DNA of 64,000 nucleotides from Candidatus Omnitrophota bacterium (GTDB lineage: Bacteria > Omnitrophota > Gorgyraeia > Zapsychrales > JANLHA01): assembly GCA_038222225.1 (NCBI GenBank), contig JBBRHV010000001.1, positions 13,864 through 77,863 of the forward strand, written 5' to 3'. How positions within the stretch are numbered: the first letter of the stretch is position 1. Below are more notes on the stretch, generated by a model. That model saw only the letters and a program-made list of their open reading frames with translations, did not search any database and was not told where the DNA came from. The letters are not shown here.

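Noticed and set aside
6328-63674. The many short ORFs (60-250 aa) in the track on both strands
   Set aside because: All are antisense or out of frame to the giant ORF, have atypical composition and show no recognisable domains
6126-64000. NRPS/PKS, RTX or alternative genetic code as the explanation for the long frame
   Set aside because: No condensation, adenylation, ketosynthase or GGxGxD motifs in translated segments; the segments I translated are open under the standard code and upstream genes end in normal TAA/TAG stops
1-64000. rRNA or tRNA genes
   Set aside because: None recognised; almost the whole window is protein-coding

Overview
Bacterial DNA, most likely Candidatus Omnitrophota (inferred from gene content, not from a marker gene). 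Bases 1-5458 hold the tail of a Tad (tight-adherence/Flp pilus) locus: a 5'-truncated Cys-rich protein, a Flp-like pilin, tadB and tadC. An AT-rich regulatory region follows, with an extended -10 promoter, repeated ATGTCCA boxes and a structured leader with a terminator-like hairpin. The remaining ~58 kb is one + strand reading frame that opens at ATG 6126 (likely true start 6204) and is still open at 64000, so it encodes more than 19,200 aa. The ORF track misses it because no stop codon falls in the window, and all short ORFs listed after 6.1 kb are in other frames or antisense. Manual translation of parts of it shows, in order: a signal peptide and C39 peptidase; two long Gly/Ala-rich hydrophobic regions; an enzyme array (zincin, GNAT, pseudokinase, lipase); an envelope block (TM helices, degenerate lytic transglycosylase and M23, beta-barrel-like segment) ending in a FKS1/callose-synthase-type (GT48) beta-1,3-glucan synthase; and a second array (Cmk-like kinase, HD domain, SAM methyltransferase, zincins behind internal twin-arginine signal-like peptides). 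A recurring N-[S/A/P]-A-[V/I]-L motif sits between many domains. All domain calls come from motifs recognised by eye, without database searches.
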